A stretch of 64,000 bases of DNA from Gammaproteobacteria bacterium. Its GTDB lineage: Bacteria; Pseudomonadota; Gammaproteobacteria; SZUA-229. The notes beneath the pieces were generated by a model. The model was not told the origin of the DNA, made no database searches, and saw only the letters and a list, made by a program, of their open reading frames with translations. The stretch spans positions 19,476 to 83,475 of the forward strand of contig JAGXGK010000025.1 in assembly GCA_024636785.1 (NCBI GenBank). The letters run 5' to 3'. The stretch's first letter is position 1, and every line of letters starts with the position of its first letter. A program made the position numbers and the translations under genes. Of the stretch, positions 49,826 to 58,976 are shown one piece after another.

Positions 49826-51595
49826 TTATTTCCCTACGGCATTAATTTCCGCATCGTCATTATCAAAGCCCAGTATCAGCCCCAGTGAGACATGATGGAA
49901 ACGGCTGTTGCTGTAATCATCGTGTATGGCAAAACCGATGCTGTACATCTGGTCGGTGCTCATGCTGATGTCACCGGCTTTGTCCGAGCTGAGCTTACGG
50001 GTCATTTCAACCGTCCATACGCCATTTTCAAGGCTGCCGGTGAAATCCACTCCCTGACCGCCAGTCATGACGCGCTCGGCCAGAATGTAACCATCTTCAG
50101 ATTCACCTGTACCCGCTTTGTAGCGCAGCAGATCCATAAATGAACCATTTTCCAGCGCGGCCTGAATCTCGCCAGCCTCTTTCAATTTGTCCCAGCCGCC
50201 GCGTTTGGCATCATTTTTACCCTCGATCTCGATCTCGGTACGGCTCTCTTTAAGGTACTTGGTGAAGCCATTGCTGGAGTCGAGTCGACTGTCGGCCAGC
50301 GCTGACTGATCGGGCTGGTCAGGCATATCGTTGACATCGTGATGACAGCTTTGCCAGCAACCGGCACGCTCCGTGTATTCTACTTTGGGGTCGTCCTCAT
50401 TAATCGCCGCGAGCATAATTGCCAGCTTGATCGGATTTTTCGGATCCATCTTGCCGCCTTCTGCAAAAGGAATAGCTGCATGTTCACCGTCCGGCCACTG
50501 GAAGCGCATGTACAGATTTTCGCCATCGTGTTTGGCCTGCACGTTAACGTCAATGCTGCCGCGCTTGCCGGGAATAGGGGTAGGTTCGAGTTTCTCGCCG
50601 GAAACAATCAGTTTCCCGATACTCATTCCTTCACCTTCATGACAATCGAAGCAACGGTCACCGTATAAAAATCCACGTTTGCCGCCGTGGTCGCTGCCCT
50701 TGAGTACCCACTCCATAGAGGCCTGACCCGGATAAAAGAGGGTGACTTCTGCGGCTTCAATGCCTGACCAGTCGACACCCGTGACCGATTTTGTGCCGGT
50801 AGCGGCGGGTGCGGTATCAGCCTGACTTGAAGCTGGTGCTGCCAATTCGGTTTTGGCGGGCGTAGCATCCTCAGTTGTTTCAGTCTCAATAGCCGCCGCT
50901 GTTCCAGCCGGGTCATCTGTTGTGGTGACCAGCTTTTTATCGTTATCGATAAAAGCCTGCCACTGTGGCGCTATGGGGCGTTTGTTTTTTTCAACTGGTT
51001 TTGAAAGCTCTTCCAGCTCGCTTTCGCTCAACTGATCATGAACCTTGCTGTGCGCAATACCTTTGTGGCAATCGATGCAGGTATTGCCCCTTTCCATGGC
51101 GCCGGCATGCTGCCTACGCGAACGTTTCTTTTGATCTTCCGGCTTCATCGAATCGAAATTGTGGCAGTTTCGGCATTCGCGTGAATCTGTCTCCTTCATC
51201 GAACGCCAGACATTTTTGGCCAGGAATAAACGCTTGGCATTGAATTTTTCCGGGGTGTCGATGGTACCAAGCACCTTATGCAGGACCTCGTTACTGGCCT
51301 TTATTTTGCGCACGACTTTGTGCACCCAGGGGTCGGGTACATGGCAGTCTGAGCAGGTGGCGCGCACGCCACTACGGTTGGTGTAATGAATGGTTTTTTT
51401 GTATTCCTGATAAACATTCTCTTCCATCTCATGACAGGAGATGCAGAATTCCAGGGTATTGGTGACTTCCATGGCGGTATTGAAACCACCCCAGAAGATG
51501 ACACCGACAATCATGAAAAACAGGGCCGCGCCCAGTGTGGTTCCCATCAGGACCTTGCGCGACATTAAACCGAATTTCCTAGATGTATTAGTCAT
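49826..51595 (-). CDS. nirT: NirT (NapC/NirT tetrahaem) fused to a C-terminal NirB/EB_dh-like haem domain
   Basis: The N-terminal ~190 aa are highly similar to NapC at 18307 and carry four CXXCH motifs. An Ala/Thr/Pro-rich linker follows. The C-terminal ~330 aa carry CFDCH and CWQSCH (CX3CH). Confidence 0.75.
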   Translation of the reverse strand: MTNTSRKFGLMSRKVLMGTTLGAALFFMIVGVIFWGGFNTAMEVTNTLEFCISCHEMEENVYQEYKKTIHYTNRSGVRATCSDCHVPDPWVHKVVRKIKASNEVLHKVLGTIDTPEKFNAKRLFLAKNVWRSMKETDSRECRNCHNFDSMKPEDQKKRSRRQHAGAMERGNTCIDCHKGIAHSKVHDQLSESELEELSKPVEKNKRPIAPQWQAFIDNDKKLVTTTDDPAGTAAAIETETTEDATPAKTELAAPASSQADTAPAATGTKSVTGVDWSGIEAAEVTLFYPGQASMEWVLKGSDHGGKRGFLYGDRCFDCHEGEGMSIGKLIVSGEKLEPTPIPGKRGSIDVNVQAKHDGENLYMRFQWPDGEHAAIPFAEGGKMDPKNPIKLAIMLAAINEDDPKVEYTERAGCWQSCHHDVNDMPDQPDQSALADSRLDSSNGFTKYLKESRTEIEIEGKNDAKRGGWDKLKEAGEIQAALENGSFMDLLRYKAGTGESEDGYILAERVMTGGQGVDFTGSLENGVWTVEMTRKLSSDKAGDISMSTDQMYSIGFAIHDDYSNSRFHHVSLGLILGFDNDDAEINAVGK

Positions 51596-51690
51596 GGTTA
51601 GAGCTCACTTAGTTTTATTATGGTGTATTAAAAAAGTAACCTTGTTATAAAGTTACTTGTGTAATACGTGTCCTAATCTGTTTAGAAGCA

Positions 51691-51718
51691 GGGCGGACAT
51701 ACATGTTGTAGTCCGCCC
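51691..51718 (-). other. GC-rich hairpin between nirS copy 2 and nirT
   Basis: GGGCGGAC...GTCCGCCC stem. The U-tract on the minus strand is poor, so it may be an attenuator or stabiliser rather than a strong terminator. Confidence 0.5.
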
Positions 51719-51743
51719 CATTTCATTTATGTCGTAACTTTTA

Positions 51744-53408
51744 TTAAGTTACATGGTTAACGCGGTTATACACGTTGAACTTACCTGTTGGAGCGTAAAG
51801 TCCTTTAATACGTGCTTTTTCTTCCAGTGTTTTAGCATCAAAGATGATGATTTCACCGTTAGGTTTCAGACTGTCTGAACGATTCCATACAGATGCCCAT
51901 ACTTCGGTGCCATCTTTGTTGAACTCGAAGTGAACGGCTGCGTAGCCCTTTTTATCAGTTAGCTGAATAGTCTTAACAATCTTACGAGTTTTCTTGTCAA
52001 GAACTTTAACTGACTGCTGGATAGCAGGTTCAGGGTGTTTAGTCTGGTCTATCCAGACGTAATCACTCTTGGGATGGGTGCGCAGGAACACGCCTGCACC
52101 GTCGGTGTCAACGGTGTAGCAGAGTTTCCAGGCCTGATCTTTATGACCTTTTGGATCATTGCCCCAGACTGAGACTTTGCCCACGCCAAGATGCGTTGTA
52201 CCTGCTACAGGACCACACTTGTCATCGTTCCAGTTTGCACCAGGACCTGGGTGAGGTTTGCTGGCAACATCGATCATTGCTTCTAGCTTGCGATCCACGG
52301 TATCGATGACTACCATCTTGTCAGAAGCGTTAGCCGCGATCTGGAAGTAACGGCCTGTTGGGTCGAAGAAGCCATCATGCAGGTACTTGGCAGAATCGAT
52401 TTCGGTGATCTGCAGGTTATCAAGATCACTGTAATCAACCTGCCACATCTGACCTAATTCCTTCGCAGCCACTAACCAGGTAGGAGCCAACGGTGTGTCA
52501 TAGATCGCAGCAACACGTGACTCGTTAACATACTCACCATCAACGTTAACACCACGAGTAGAAACGACTTTCAGAGGTTCCATGGTTTTAGCATCAGCGA
52601 TAACGAAGTGGGGAGGCCAGTAACCGCCACCGATAACGTACTTGCCATCACCTGATACGGCAACGTCACGTGCGTCATAAGCAACCTGTACCTGAGCGAC
52701 TTTCATCTTGTCAGGGTTAGCCCATAGATCGATTTTAGTCATCATGCCATCACGACCCATGATGTACCAGAAACGGCCAGCGTCTTTAGCATGCAGGGTT
52801 TGATGATGTTCGACTGTTTTCAGTACGTGTACTGCATATCCGGTAGAAATGTGGGCAAGCACTTCTTTTTTATCACCGTCGATGATAGCGATCGAACCTT
52901 TATCACGTTCGATAGCGATGAAAAAATTCTCCCAGTTACGGCCATGCATTGGCTTGCTAGGATAATCTTTTGGTTCTATATAAACCTTCCAGCGTTCTTT
53001 CATTAATGCCAGAGACATTTCGGGTGGTACTGGGGGCTCCATCTGGATATACCGGGCCAGCAGGTTTATTTCCTCTTTGCTGAAGATATCATCAAAGTTG
53101 TTCATGCCGCCTTCGGTACCGAGGGTAATAATTCGCTCCAGACGTTTTGTGCCCAGTTTGAGAGTGCCTTTGGTGTTTTTGGCTTTATTGGGTTTTGGTT
53201 CCAGGTTTTTACCCGTGGCACCGACGCGTAAAACACCATGACAACCGGCACAACGCTGGAAGTACATGCTCTTTGCGGTTTCAAATTCAGCCTCGTTAAG
53301 AGGTACGAATTCATCTTTTTTGGCGAAGGCTACACCCGAAGATGCGGCCATGCCCACGCATGCGGCAACGAGTGCTGCACCGTATTTTAACTTATGTTTC
53401 GTGCTCAT
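51744..53408 (-). CDS. nirS: cytochrome cd1 nitrite reductase NirS (copy 2)
   Basis: 554 aa. Signal peptide, CAGCHG, d1 propeller and C-terminal TGKFNVYNRVNHVT. Its codon usage is distinct from neighbouring genes. Confidence 0.93.
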   Translation of the reverse strand: MSTKHKLKYGAALVAACVGMAASSGVAFAKKDEFVPLNEAEFETAKSMYFQRCAGCHGVLRVGATGKNLEPKPNKAKNTKGTLKLGTKRLERIITLGTEGGMNNFDDIFSKEEINLLARYIQMEPPVPPEMSLALMKERWKVYIEPKDYPSKPMHGRNWENFFIAIERDKGSIAIIDGDKKEVLAHISTGYAVHVLKTVEHHQTLHAKDAGRFWYIMGRDGMMTKIDLWANPDKMKVAQVQVAYDARDVAVSGDGKYVIGGGYWPPHFVIADAKTMEPLKVVSTRGVNVDGEYVNESRVAAIYDTPLAPTWLVAAKELGQMWQVDYSDLDNLQITEIDSAKYLHDGFFDPTGRYFQIAANASDKMVVIDTVDRKLEAMIDVASKPHPGPGANWNDDKCGPVAGTTHLGVGKVSVWGNDPKGHKDQAWKLCYTVDTDGAGVFLRTHPKSDYVWIDQTKHPEPAIQQSVKVLDKKTRKIVKTIQLTDKKGYAAVHFEFNKDGTEVWASVWNRSDSLKPNGEIIIFDAKTLEEKARIKGLYAPTGKFNVYNRVNHVT

Positions 53409-53522
53409 TGATTTAACTCCTAAAGTTTCCCAGTGGGTAAGTGTGTGTTCAATAATCTGGAAGTTTTGTTGTGTTTAAAAATCATACGAGTATTAAGATA
53501 TTCTTAAATGCGTCGAATGACT

Positions 53523-53536
53523 TTGATGTATGTCAA
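53523..53536. promoter_or_regulatory. DNR/NNR-type box TTGAT-GTAT-GTCAA upstream of nirS copy 2
   Basis: Centred ~121 nt upstream of the ATG. Confidence 0.6.
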
Positions 53537-53561
53537 CTAAAAAATAGATAGTGCTGATTTG

Positions 53562-53575
53562 CTGATATACGTCAA
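53562..53575. promoter_or_regulatory. second DNR/NNR-type box CTGAT-ATAC-GTCAA
   Basis: Lies 39 bp (centre to centre) upstream of the first box. Confidence 0.5.
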
Positions 53576-53783
53576 GTAATCTTGATGCTCAGGCCATGAA
53601 ATTTAAGCTTGAAGATTCAGGTTGAGAGTGCATGAACGTATTGCCACGCAGGGAGAAAAATTTCAGAGAGGTCAGACTGAGTGTGTCAGGGACGTGAGCT
53701 CAACGCAGTTTTTGTGCGGAGAGCATATTAGAGAGGTATTGTTAAGTTAAAAGAGCGGTGGGTACTCTAGTAACTGCTGACAG

Positions 53784-54788
53784 CTAACCGCCGGTCATAT
53801 TCATGAAGCGTACAATCTGGTCGGGCTTGTCACGAAATTCATGTTTTTCCGGTTTGATGGCAATGGCTTCGATAATGGCGTTTTTAAGTCCGTCGTTACT
53901 GATGCCCTGGCGCAGCAGAGGGCGAAGTTCGAATTTATGTTCCTGACCCAGACACAGATACAGAGTGCCATCAACCGACAGTCGTACCCGGTTACAAGTT
54001 TCACAAAAGTGCTGTGAGATGGGGGTGATGAAACCGATGCGCAGATTGGTGCCTTTAACCCGAACATAACGGGCCGGGCCACCACCGGGCATGACACCGG
54101 GGATCAAATCAAAGCGCTGCGCCAGACGGGCTTTAACTTCGGCCAGATTGATGTAGTGGTCGGTGGCCTTGAGGCCGGTGCCGCCGACGGGCATGGTTTC
54201 TATAAAGCGCAGGGTGAAATCTTGCTCAATACAATATTCAACCATCTCTTCGAATTCATCATCATTAATGCCTTTCATCGCCACCATGTTGATTTTGACG
54301 GGGCTGAAACCGGCTTCTTTTGCCGCCATCAAGCCATCGAGGACGGGTTGCAAATCGCTGCCGGTAATCTTCTTGAAGCGCTGAGGTCTGAGTGAGTCCA
54401 GGCTGACGTTGAGGCGGGAGACGCCGGCATCGTGCAGGGAGCGGGCATGTCGGGAGAGCAGGGATGCATTGGTGCTTAACGACAGGTCTTCAACGCCGGG
54501 CAGTTGATTGATGCGGTGTACCAGTGCGTTGAGATTTTTGCGTACCAGTGGCTCGCCGCCAGTGACCCGGATGCGCGAGACACCGAGTTCGGCAAAGGCG
54601 CTGATGACCCGCTCAATTTCATCAAAGTTTAACCAGTGCTCAGGTTGTTCGAAGTCTTTGAAATGCTCGGGCATACAATAGAAGCAGCGCATATTGCATT
54701 TGTCTGTAACGGACAGGCGTAGATATTCGATCTTTCTCTGGAAAGGATCAATCAGCTCTACTTTGTGGTCAGATGTTCCAGGGTTCAT
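53784..54788 (-). CDS. moaA: GTP 3',8-cyclase MoaA
   Basis: Radical SAM CNMRCFYCMP. 334 aa. C-terminal Cys cluster CETCNRVRLS and GG terminus. Confidence 0.95.
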   Translation of the reverse strand: MNPGTSDHKVELIDPFQRKIEYLRLSVTDKCNMRCFYCMPEHFKDFEQPEHWLNFDEIERVISAFAELGVSRIRVTGGEPLVRKNLNALVHRINQLPGVEDLSLSTNASLLSRHARSLHDAGVSRLNVSLDSLRPQRFKKITGSDLQPVLDGLMAAKEAGFSPVKINMVAMKGINDDEFEEMVEYCIEQDFTLRFIETMPVGGTGLKATDHYINLAEVKARLAQRFDLIPGVMPGGGPARYVRVKGTNLRIGFITPISQHFCETCNRVRLSVDGTLYLCLGQEHKFELRPLLRQGISNDGLKNAIIEAIAIKPEKHEFRDKPDQIVRFMNMTGG

Positions 54789-54975
54789 AAGATATCAGGC
54801 AGGCTCTGGTTACTTATGATGATACTACAGACTCAAGAGAGATATAAACATGATCCAGCTCAATAATAGAAACACAACAGAAGAGGATTTGCCGGACGAA
54901 GCCGCAATTGTTGCGCAAAGACGATGGTTTGAGGCCGAATTTTCGGGATTTGAAGCGTCGCGTGAGCGACCTGCT

Positions 54976-54989
54976 TTGATTTACATCAT
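54976..54989. promoter_or_regulatory. FNR-type box in the moaA / moaB divergent region
   Basis: TTGAT-TTAC-ATCAT is the exact reverse complement of the napF box 14-mer. Confidence 0.55.
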
Positions 54990-55079
54990 TGCAAAGAGCC
55001 GCGATAATGCAACAATACAATGACCATGAATTTAATCCACTTTTGAATAACAGGTCAATAACCGGGAAGTATTTTGATA

Positions 55080-55598
55080 ATGAATGAACGTAAGCTAATC
55101 CCCGTGAATATCGCTGTGATGACCGTTTCTGACAGCCGCACAGAGGAAAATGACAGCTCTGGCAAGGCCCTGGTTGATCGCCTGATCGAAGCGGGTCACC
55201 ACTGCACCGAGAAGGCGATTGTGGTCGATGATGTCTATCAAATCAGAGCCGTGGTTTCGCGCTGGATCGCGGATGCCGGGGTCAACGTCATCGTCACCAC
55301 CGGTGGCACCGGCCTGACCGGACGCGATATCACCCCGGAAGCCGTCAAACCGCTGCTGGACAAGGAGATTGAGGGCATCGGTGAGCTGTTTCGCTGGATC
55401 TCCTATCAGGAAATAAAAACCTCCACCGTGGCCTCACGGGCGCTGGGTGGCACCGCCAATGGCACCTTTATCTTCTGCCTGCCGGGTTCCACCGGCGCCT
55501 GCCGCACAGGCTGGGACAATATCATCGGGCCGCAGCTGGATTACCGCAACGGCCCCTGCAATATGGTCGAGTTAATGCCCCGCCTGCTTGAGAAATAG
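55080..55598 (+). CDS. moaB: molybdenum cofactor biosynthesis protein MoaB
   Basis: MoaB/Mog fold with [11 protein letters not shown] motif. Confidence 0.88.
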   Translation: MNERKLIPVNIAVMTVSDSRTEENDSSGKALVDRLIEAGHHCTEKAIVVDDVYQIRAVVSRWIADAGVNVIVTTGGTGLTGRDITPEAVKPLLDKEIEGIGELFRWISYQEIKTSTVASRALGGTANGTFIFCLPGSTGACRTGWDNIIGPQLDYRNGPCNMVELMPRLLEK

Positions 55599-55635
55599 TA
55601 TTGGCCCACCCTTCGCTAGAAAAGAGGATATAAGC

Positions 55636-56865
55636 GTGTCAGAAGATTGTTGTGCATCACCATCGTTAATTTCTGTTGATCAGGCCAGGGCGCTGATTCT
55701 TGAGCCGGCTACCGCTGTTGCGCAGTTTGAGGCGATAGAGATTGAAAATGCACTGAGCCGGATACTGGCGGAAGACGTGCGCTCCAACATTAATGTGCCC
55801 GGTTATGACAACAGTGCCATGGACGGTTATGCGCTTTGCAGTGCCGATTGCAGCGAGGTCGGCGCAGCCCTGGTGGTGACGCAACGCATTCCCGCCGGGC
55901 AGGTGGGCAGCGCGCTGGAGGCGGGCACGGCGGCGCGAATTTTTACCGGCGCACCGATACCGGCGAATACCGATGCGGTGGTGATGCAGGAGCATTGCCA
56001 GCGCGACGGTGATCGGGTCATCATCAACAAAGCCATTAAGGCGGGACAGAATATTCGCCGCGCCGGGGAAGATATCGCGCAGGGCAGTGTAATACTCGAA
56101 GCCGGGCATCAGCTGCGAGCGCAGGAACTGGGTTTGCTGGCTTCGGTCGGGCTGGCGGAAGTGGCGGTGAAAAGAAAACTAAAAGTGGCGACTTTTTTTA
56201 CCGGCGACGAAATTGTCGAACCGGGCCATGAGCTGGCGCAAGGTCAGATTTACAATTCCAACAAATACATCATCAAGGGCTTGCTGAAATCACTGGACTG
56301 CGAAGTCATTGATCTGGGCATTGTTCCCGATACTCTGGATGCTACGCTCGAGGTTTTGCAGCGGGCCTCCGCCAGTGCCGATTTGATCGTGACCAGTGGC
56401 GGCGTTTCGGTGGGCGAAGAGGATTACGTGCGACTCGCGCTGGAACAACTGGGAGAATTAAAAATGTGGCGCATCGCCATGAAACCCGGCAAGCCCGTAG
56501 CTTATGGCAAAGTCGGTAAGGCGACTTTTATGGGGCTGCCCGGAAACCCGGTTTCGACTTTTGTCACCTTTTTATTATTTGTAAAACCGTTAATTTTAAA
56601 ATTGCAGGGCGCGGAAAAATACCTGCCGGTAAAAATGCCCGTGATTGCAGACTTCGAATGGCCGAGTCTGAAAAGGCAGGAATACTTACGCGTGCGTTTG
56701 ATTGAATCCGAGCAGGGCCTGCGGGCAACACTGTACCCACACCAGGGTTCGGGAGTGTTGAGCTCAGCCTGCTGGGCGGACGGGCTGGTGGAAGTGCCGG
56801 TAAGCAAGGTCATTGAAAGAGGTAGTAATGTTAGATGTATTCTGTTTGAAGGAGCATTGGCCTGA
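55636..56865 (+). CDS. moeA: molybdopterin molybdotransferase MoeA
   Basis: The GTG at 55636 is preceded by AAGAGGA. Blocks PGYDNSAMDGYA, TSGGVSVGEEDY and MKPGKP are present. Confidence 0.9.
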   Translation: MSEDCCASPSLISVDQARALILEPATAVAQFEAIEIENALSRILAEDVRSNINVPGYDNSAMDGYALCSADCSEVGAALVVTQRIPAGQVGSALEAGTAARIFTGAPIPANTDAVVMQEHCQRDGDRVIINKAIKAGQNIRRAGEDIAQGSVILEAGHQLRAQELGLLASVGLAEVAVKRKLKVATFFTGDEIVEPGHELAQGQIYNSNKYIIKGLLKSLDCEVIDLGIVPDTLDATLEVLQRASASADLIVTSGGVSVGEEDYVRLALEQLGELKMWRIAMKPGKPVAYGKVGKATFMGLPGNPVSTFVTFLLFVKPLILKLQGAEKYLPVKMPVIADFEWPSLKRQEYLRVRLIESEQGLRATLYPHQGSGVLSSACWADGLVEVPVSKVIERGSNVRCILFEGALA

Positions 56866-57344
56866 ATAAAAAATTGGCAAGAAACGGAAAATCGGCTTGT
56901 GCGACTTCAATGAAGCGAGGGATTCAATATTAATACATGATAGGACGCTTAATAATAAATAAGGAGGGTTACATCGAAGATTAATAATTACAAAGATCAG
57001 CTTATAGGTGACACTAGTATCTTTCTATTCAAAACGGTTGTTAATTACTGATTGACATAAATCTGAGTAAAGTGCTTAATATTCGCAAATATTAGGCATA
57101 CGGAATGTCGAGGGAGTTTCTGGATAAGTATTAATAATTACTCTCCTCCAATGTAATGATCTTCGCTATCCGGCTTTTAACGGCCAAATATTACAAAAGA
57201 TAATTCCCTTGACACTAAGTTGTTTAGTGGTTTTTTTGATTCGATAACCAGTGTGATTATCGATCAAACATTGCTGATATATCGCACCAAATGCATTGAT
57301 AAATAATAAAACTACAGTTTACGAACGAAAAAAGGATATAAAAA

Positions 57345-58286
57345 ATGACAATTACAAAAATAATACCACTTTTCTATTTCCTACTCATAAGTGGATGCTC
57401 CACTGGCACGATGGAAGTTATTAACAAGCCTGATTCGCAGCCACAAGTTAGCAAATCAATTATCTCAGAAGACGTTAAAGGCCTAAAAAGAAAGGTCGCA
57501 ATTGCTCGCTTTAGCAATGAGACTAAACATGGTAATTCATTTCTTTTAGACGAAAATAACGACCGTATTGGTAAGCAGGCAAGCGATATTCTTGCCGCCC
57601 GTTTGACTGAATCGGGTAAGTTTTTGATGTTTGAGCGACAGGACCTAAATAAAATTAAAGCCGAGCAGGATTTGGCAAACATCACGACAAAAACTGTTGG
57701 CGCAGATTTTCTTATCATCGGCTCTGTTTCAGAGTTTGGACGTACCACCGTAAGTGAGGTCGGCATCTTTAGTCGTAACAAGAAACAAAAAGCAAATGCT
57801 ACTGTAAATGTACGTCTGGTAGATGTAAAAAGTGGACAAATTATTTTTTCACAAGAAGGTAGCGGTGAAGCTCTATCAGAGGCTAATCGGGTATTCGGCG
57901 TTGGTGAATCGGCAGGCTATGACTCTAAATTAGATGATGAAGCATTATCAGCAGCTATTTCTAAATTAGTCAGTAACCTGATCGAGAATCTTCTTGATAG
58001 GCCCTGGTTGGCATATATTCTTGATGTGCAACAGGATCAGATCATTATATCAGGCGGAAAGTCACAGGGCCTTACTCAAGGAGATGAATTAAGAGTCATG
58101 AAAAGCGGGCGGAAAGTGAAGAATCCACAAACAGGTCTGGAAATTGAATTGCCAAGAGAAGAGATTGCAAAGATAAAAGTGATGTCTTTTGCAGGTGAGG
58201 GCAATAATGAAGTTGCTATTTGCAGGCTGTCTTCAGGAAAGATTGCTGGTTTAAAAACCAGCCAACTAATTGTTCAGGAGTTTTGA
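57345..58286 (+). CDS. CsgG/HfaB-family outer-membrane lipoprotein with extra C-terminal beta domain
   Basis: Lipobox LLISGC. KVAIARFSNETK and ADFLIIGSVSEFG blocks are typical of CsgG-like proteins. A ~90-aa C-terminal extension is present. Confidence 0.7.
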   Translation: MTITKIIPLFYFLLISGCSTGTMEVINKPDSQPQVSKSIISEDVKGLKRKVAIARFSNETKHGNSFLLDENNDRIGKQASDILAARLTESGKFLMFERQDLNKIKAEQDLANITTKTVGADFLIIGSVSEFGRTTVSEVGIFSRNKKQKANATVNVRLVDVKSGQIIFSQEGSGEALSEANRVFGVGESAGYDSKLDDEALSAAISKLVSNLIENLLDRPWLAYILDVQQDQIIISGGKSQGLTQGDELRVMKSGRKVKNPQTGLEIELPREEIAKIKVMSFAGEGNNEVAICRLSSGKIAGLKTSQLIVQEF

Positions 58287-58287
58287 G

Positions 58288-58614
58288 ATGATGTATATGA
58301 GAAACATATTGTTGATTATCGGTGCTCTATTTTTGCTGGTAGGGTGTGGCACATATAGTCAATCAGTGCAGGTAGATGATAACGCCTACCTACTATTGAT
58401 TGGTGATCCTACTGGCCATATAGTAACAATTGATACAGGTCAGCCAATTAAACTTAGCAATGAAACAACGTCGTTCAACCTAAATGGAAAAACAGCTACA
58501 AAAATACAGGTTCCAACTGGAACACATAGCGTAAAAATCATAAAAGACGGAGTTCTTGTCATTAACAGAAAATTTTACGTATCAACTGGGACATCATTCG
58601 AGGTGCAATTATGA
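58288..58614 (+). CDS. small lipoprotein (beta-rich, unknown family)
   Basis: Lipobox FLLVGC. CAGGAG lies upstream of ATG 58288. 4-nt overlap with the next gene. Confidence 0.6.
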   Translation: MMYMRNILLIIGALFLLVGCGTYSQSVQVDDNAYLLLIGDPTGHIVTIDTGQPIKLSNETTSFNLNGKTATKIQVPTGTHSVKIIKDGVLVINRKFYVSTGTSFEVQL

Positions 58615-58964
58615 AAAAGTTACCATTCTATGTTCTGATGTTATTTATTTTTAGCGGCTGCGCGACTGTTAGTCAATCTAATCTTTATTGGGGAGATTAT
58701 TCACATACTCTCTATAACGTAAAAAAGAATCCTGGAGAAGCCTCTAATGCAGAACATGAGAAAGAGCTTCATCATATTGTCGAGAAATCAAAATCTATGA
58801 ATCTGAGAGTCCCACCCGGAATTTATGCTGAGCTTGGTATGTACGCAAAGGAACGGGGAGAGAACAGCGCTGCCAATAATTACTTTGCACTTGAACTGGC
58901 AACATATCCCGAAGGAGAGGCTTTAATAAAGCGTGCTCTTAAAAACAAATCAAGCGATTCATAA
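58611..58964 (+). CDS. DUF4810-type lipoprotein
   Basis: Lipobox FIFSGC. LYWGDYSHTLY and ELATYPE blocks. Conserved partner of DUF799 (family name recalled from memory). Confidence 0.6.
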   Translation: MKKLPFYVLMLFIFSGCATVSQSNLYWGDYSHTLYNVKKNPGEASNAEHEKELHHIVEKSKSMNLRVPPGIYAELGMYAKERGENSAANNYFALELATYPEGEALIKRALKNKSSDS

Positions 58965-58976
58965 GAGGCATAACCA

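Noticed and set aside
51634-51658. Inverted repeat AAGTAAC-N11-GTTACTT ~40-60 nt upstream of the nirT-fusion start.
   Set aside because: It could be an operator or a 5'-UTR hairpin. However, it is only 7 bp, AT-rich and unique in the window, so the evidence is insufficient.
56980-57141. 12-mer ATTAATAATTAC occurring twice (56980 and 57130) in the AT-rich spacer upstream of the lipoprotein island.
   Set aside because: In DNA this AT-rich a repeated 12-mer of A/T is not strong evidence for an operator. It is kept only as a note.
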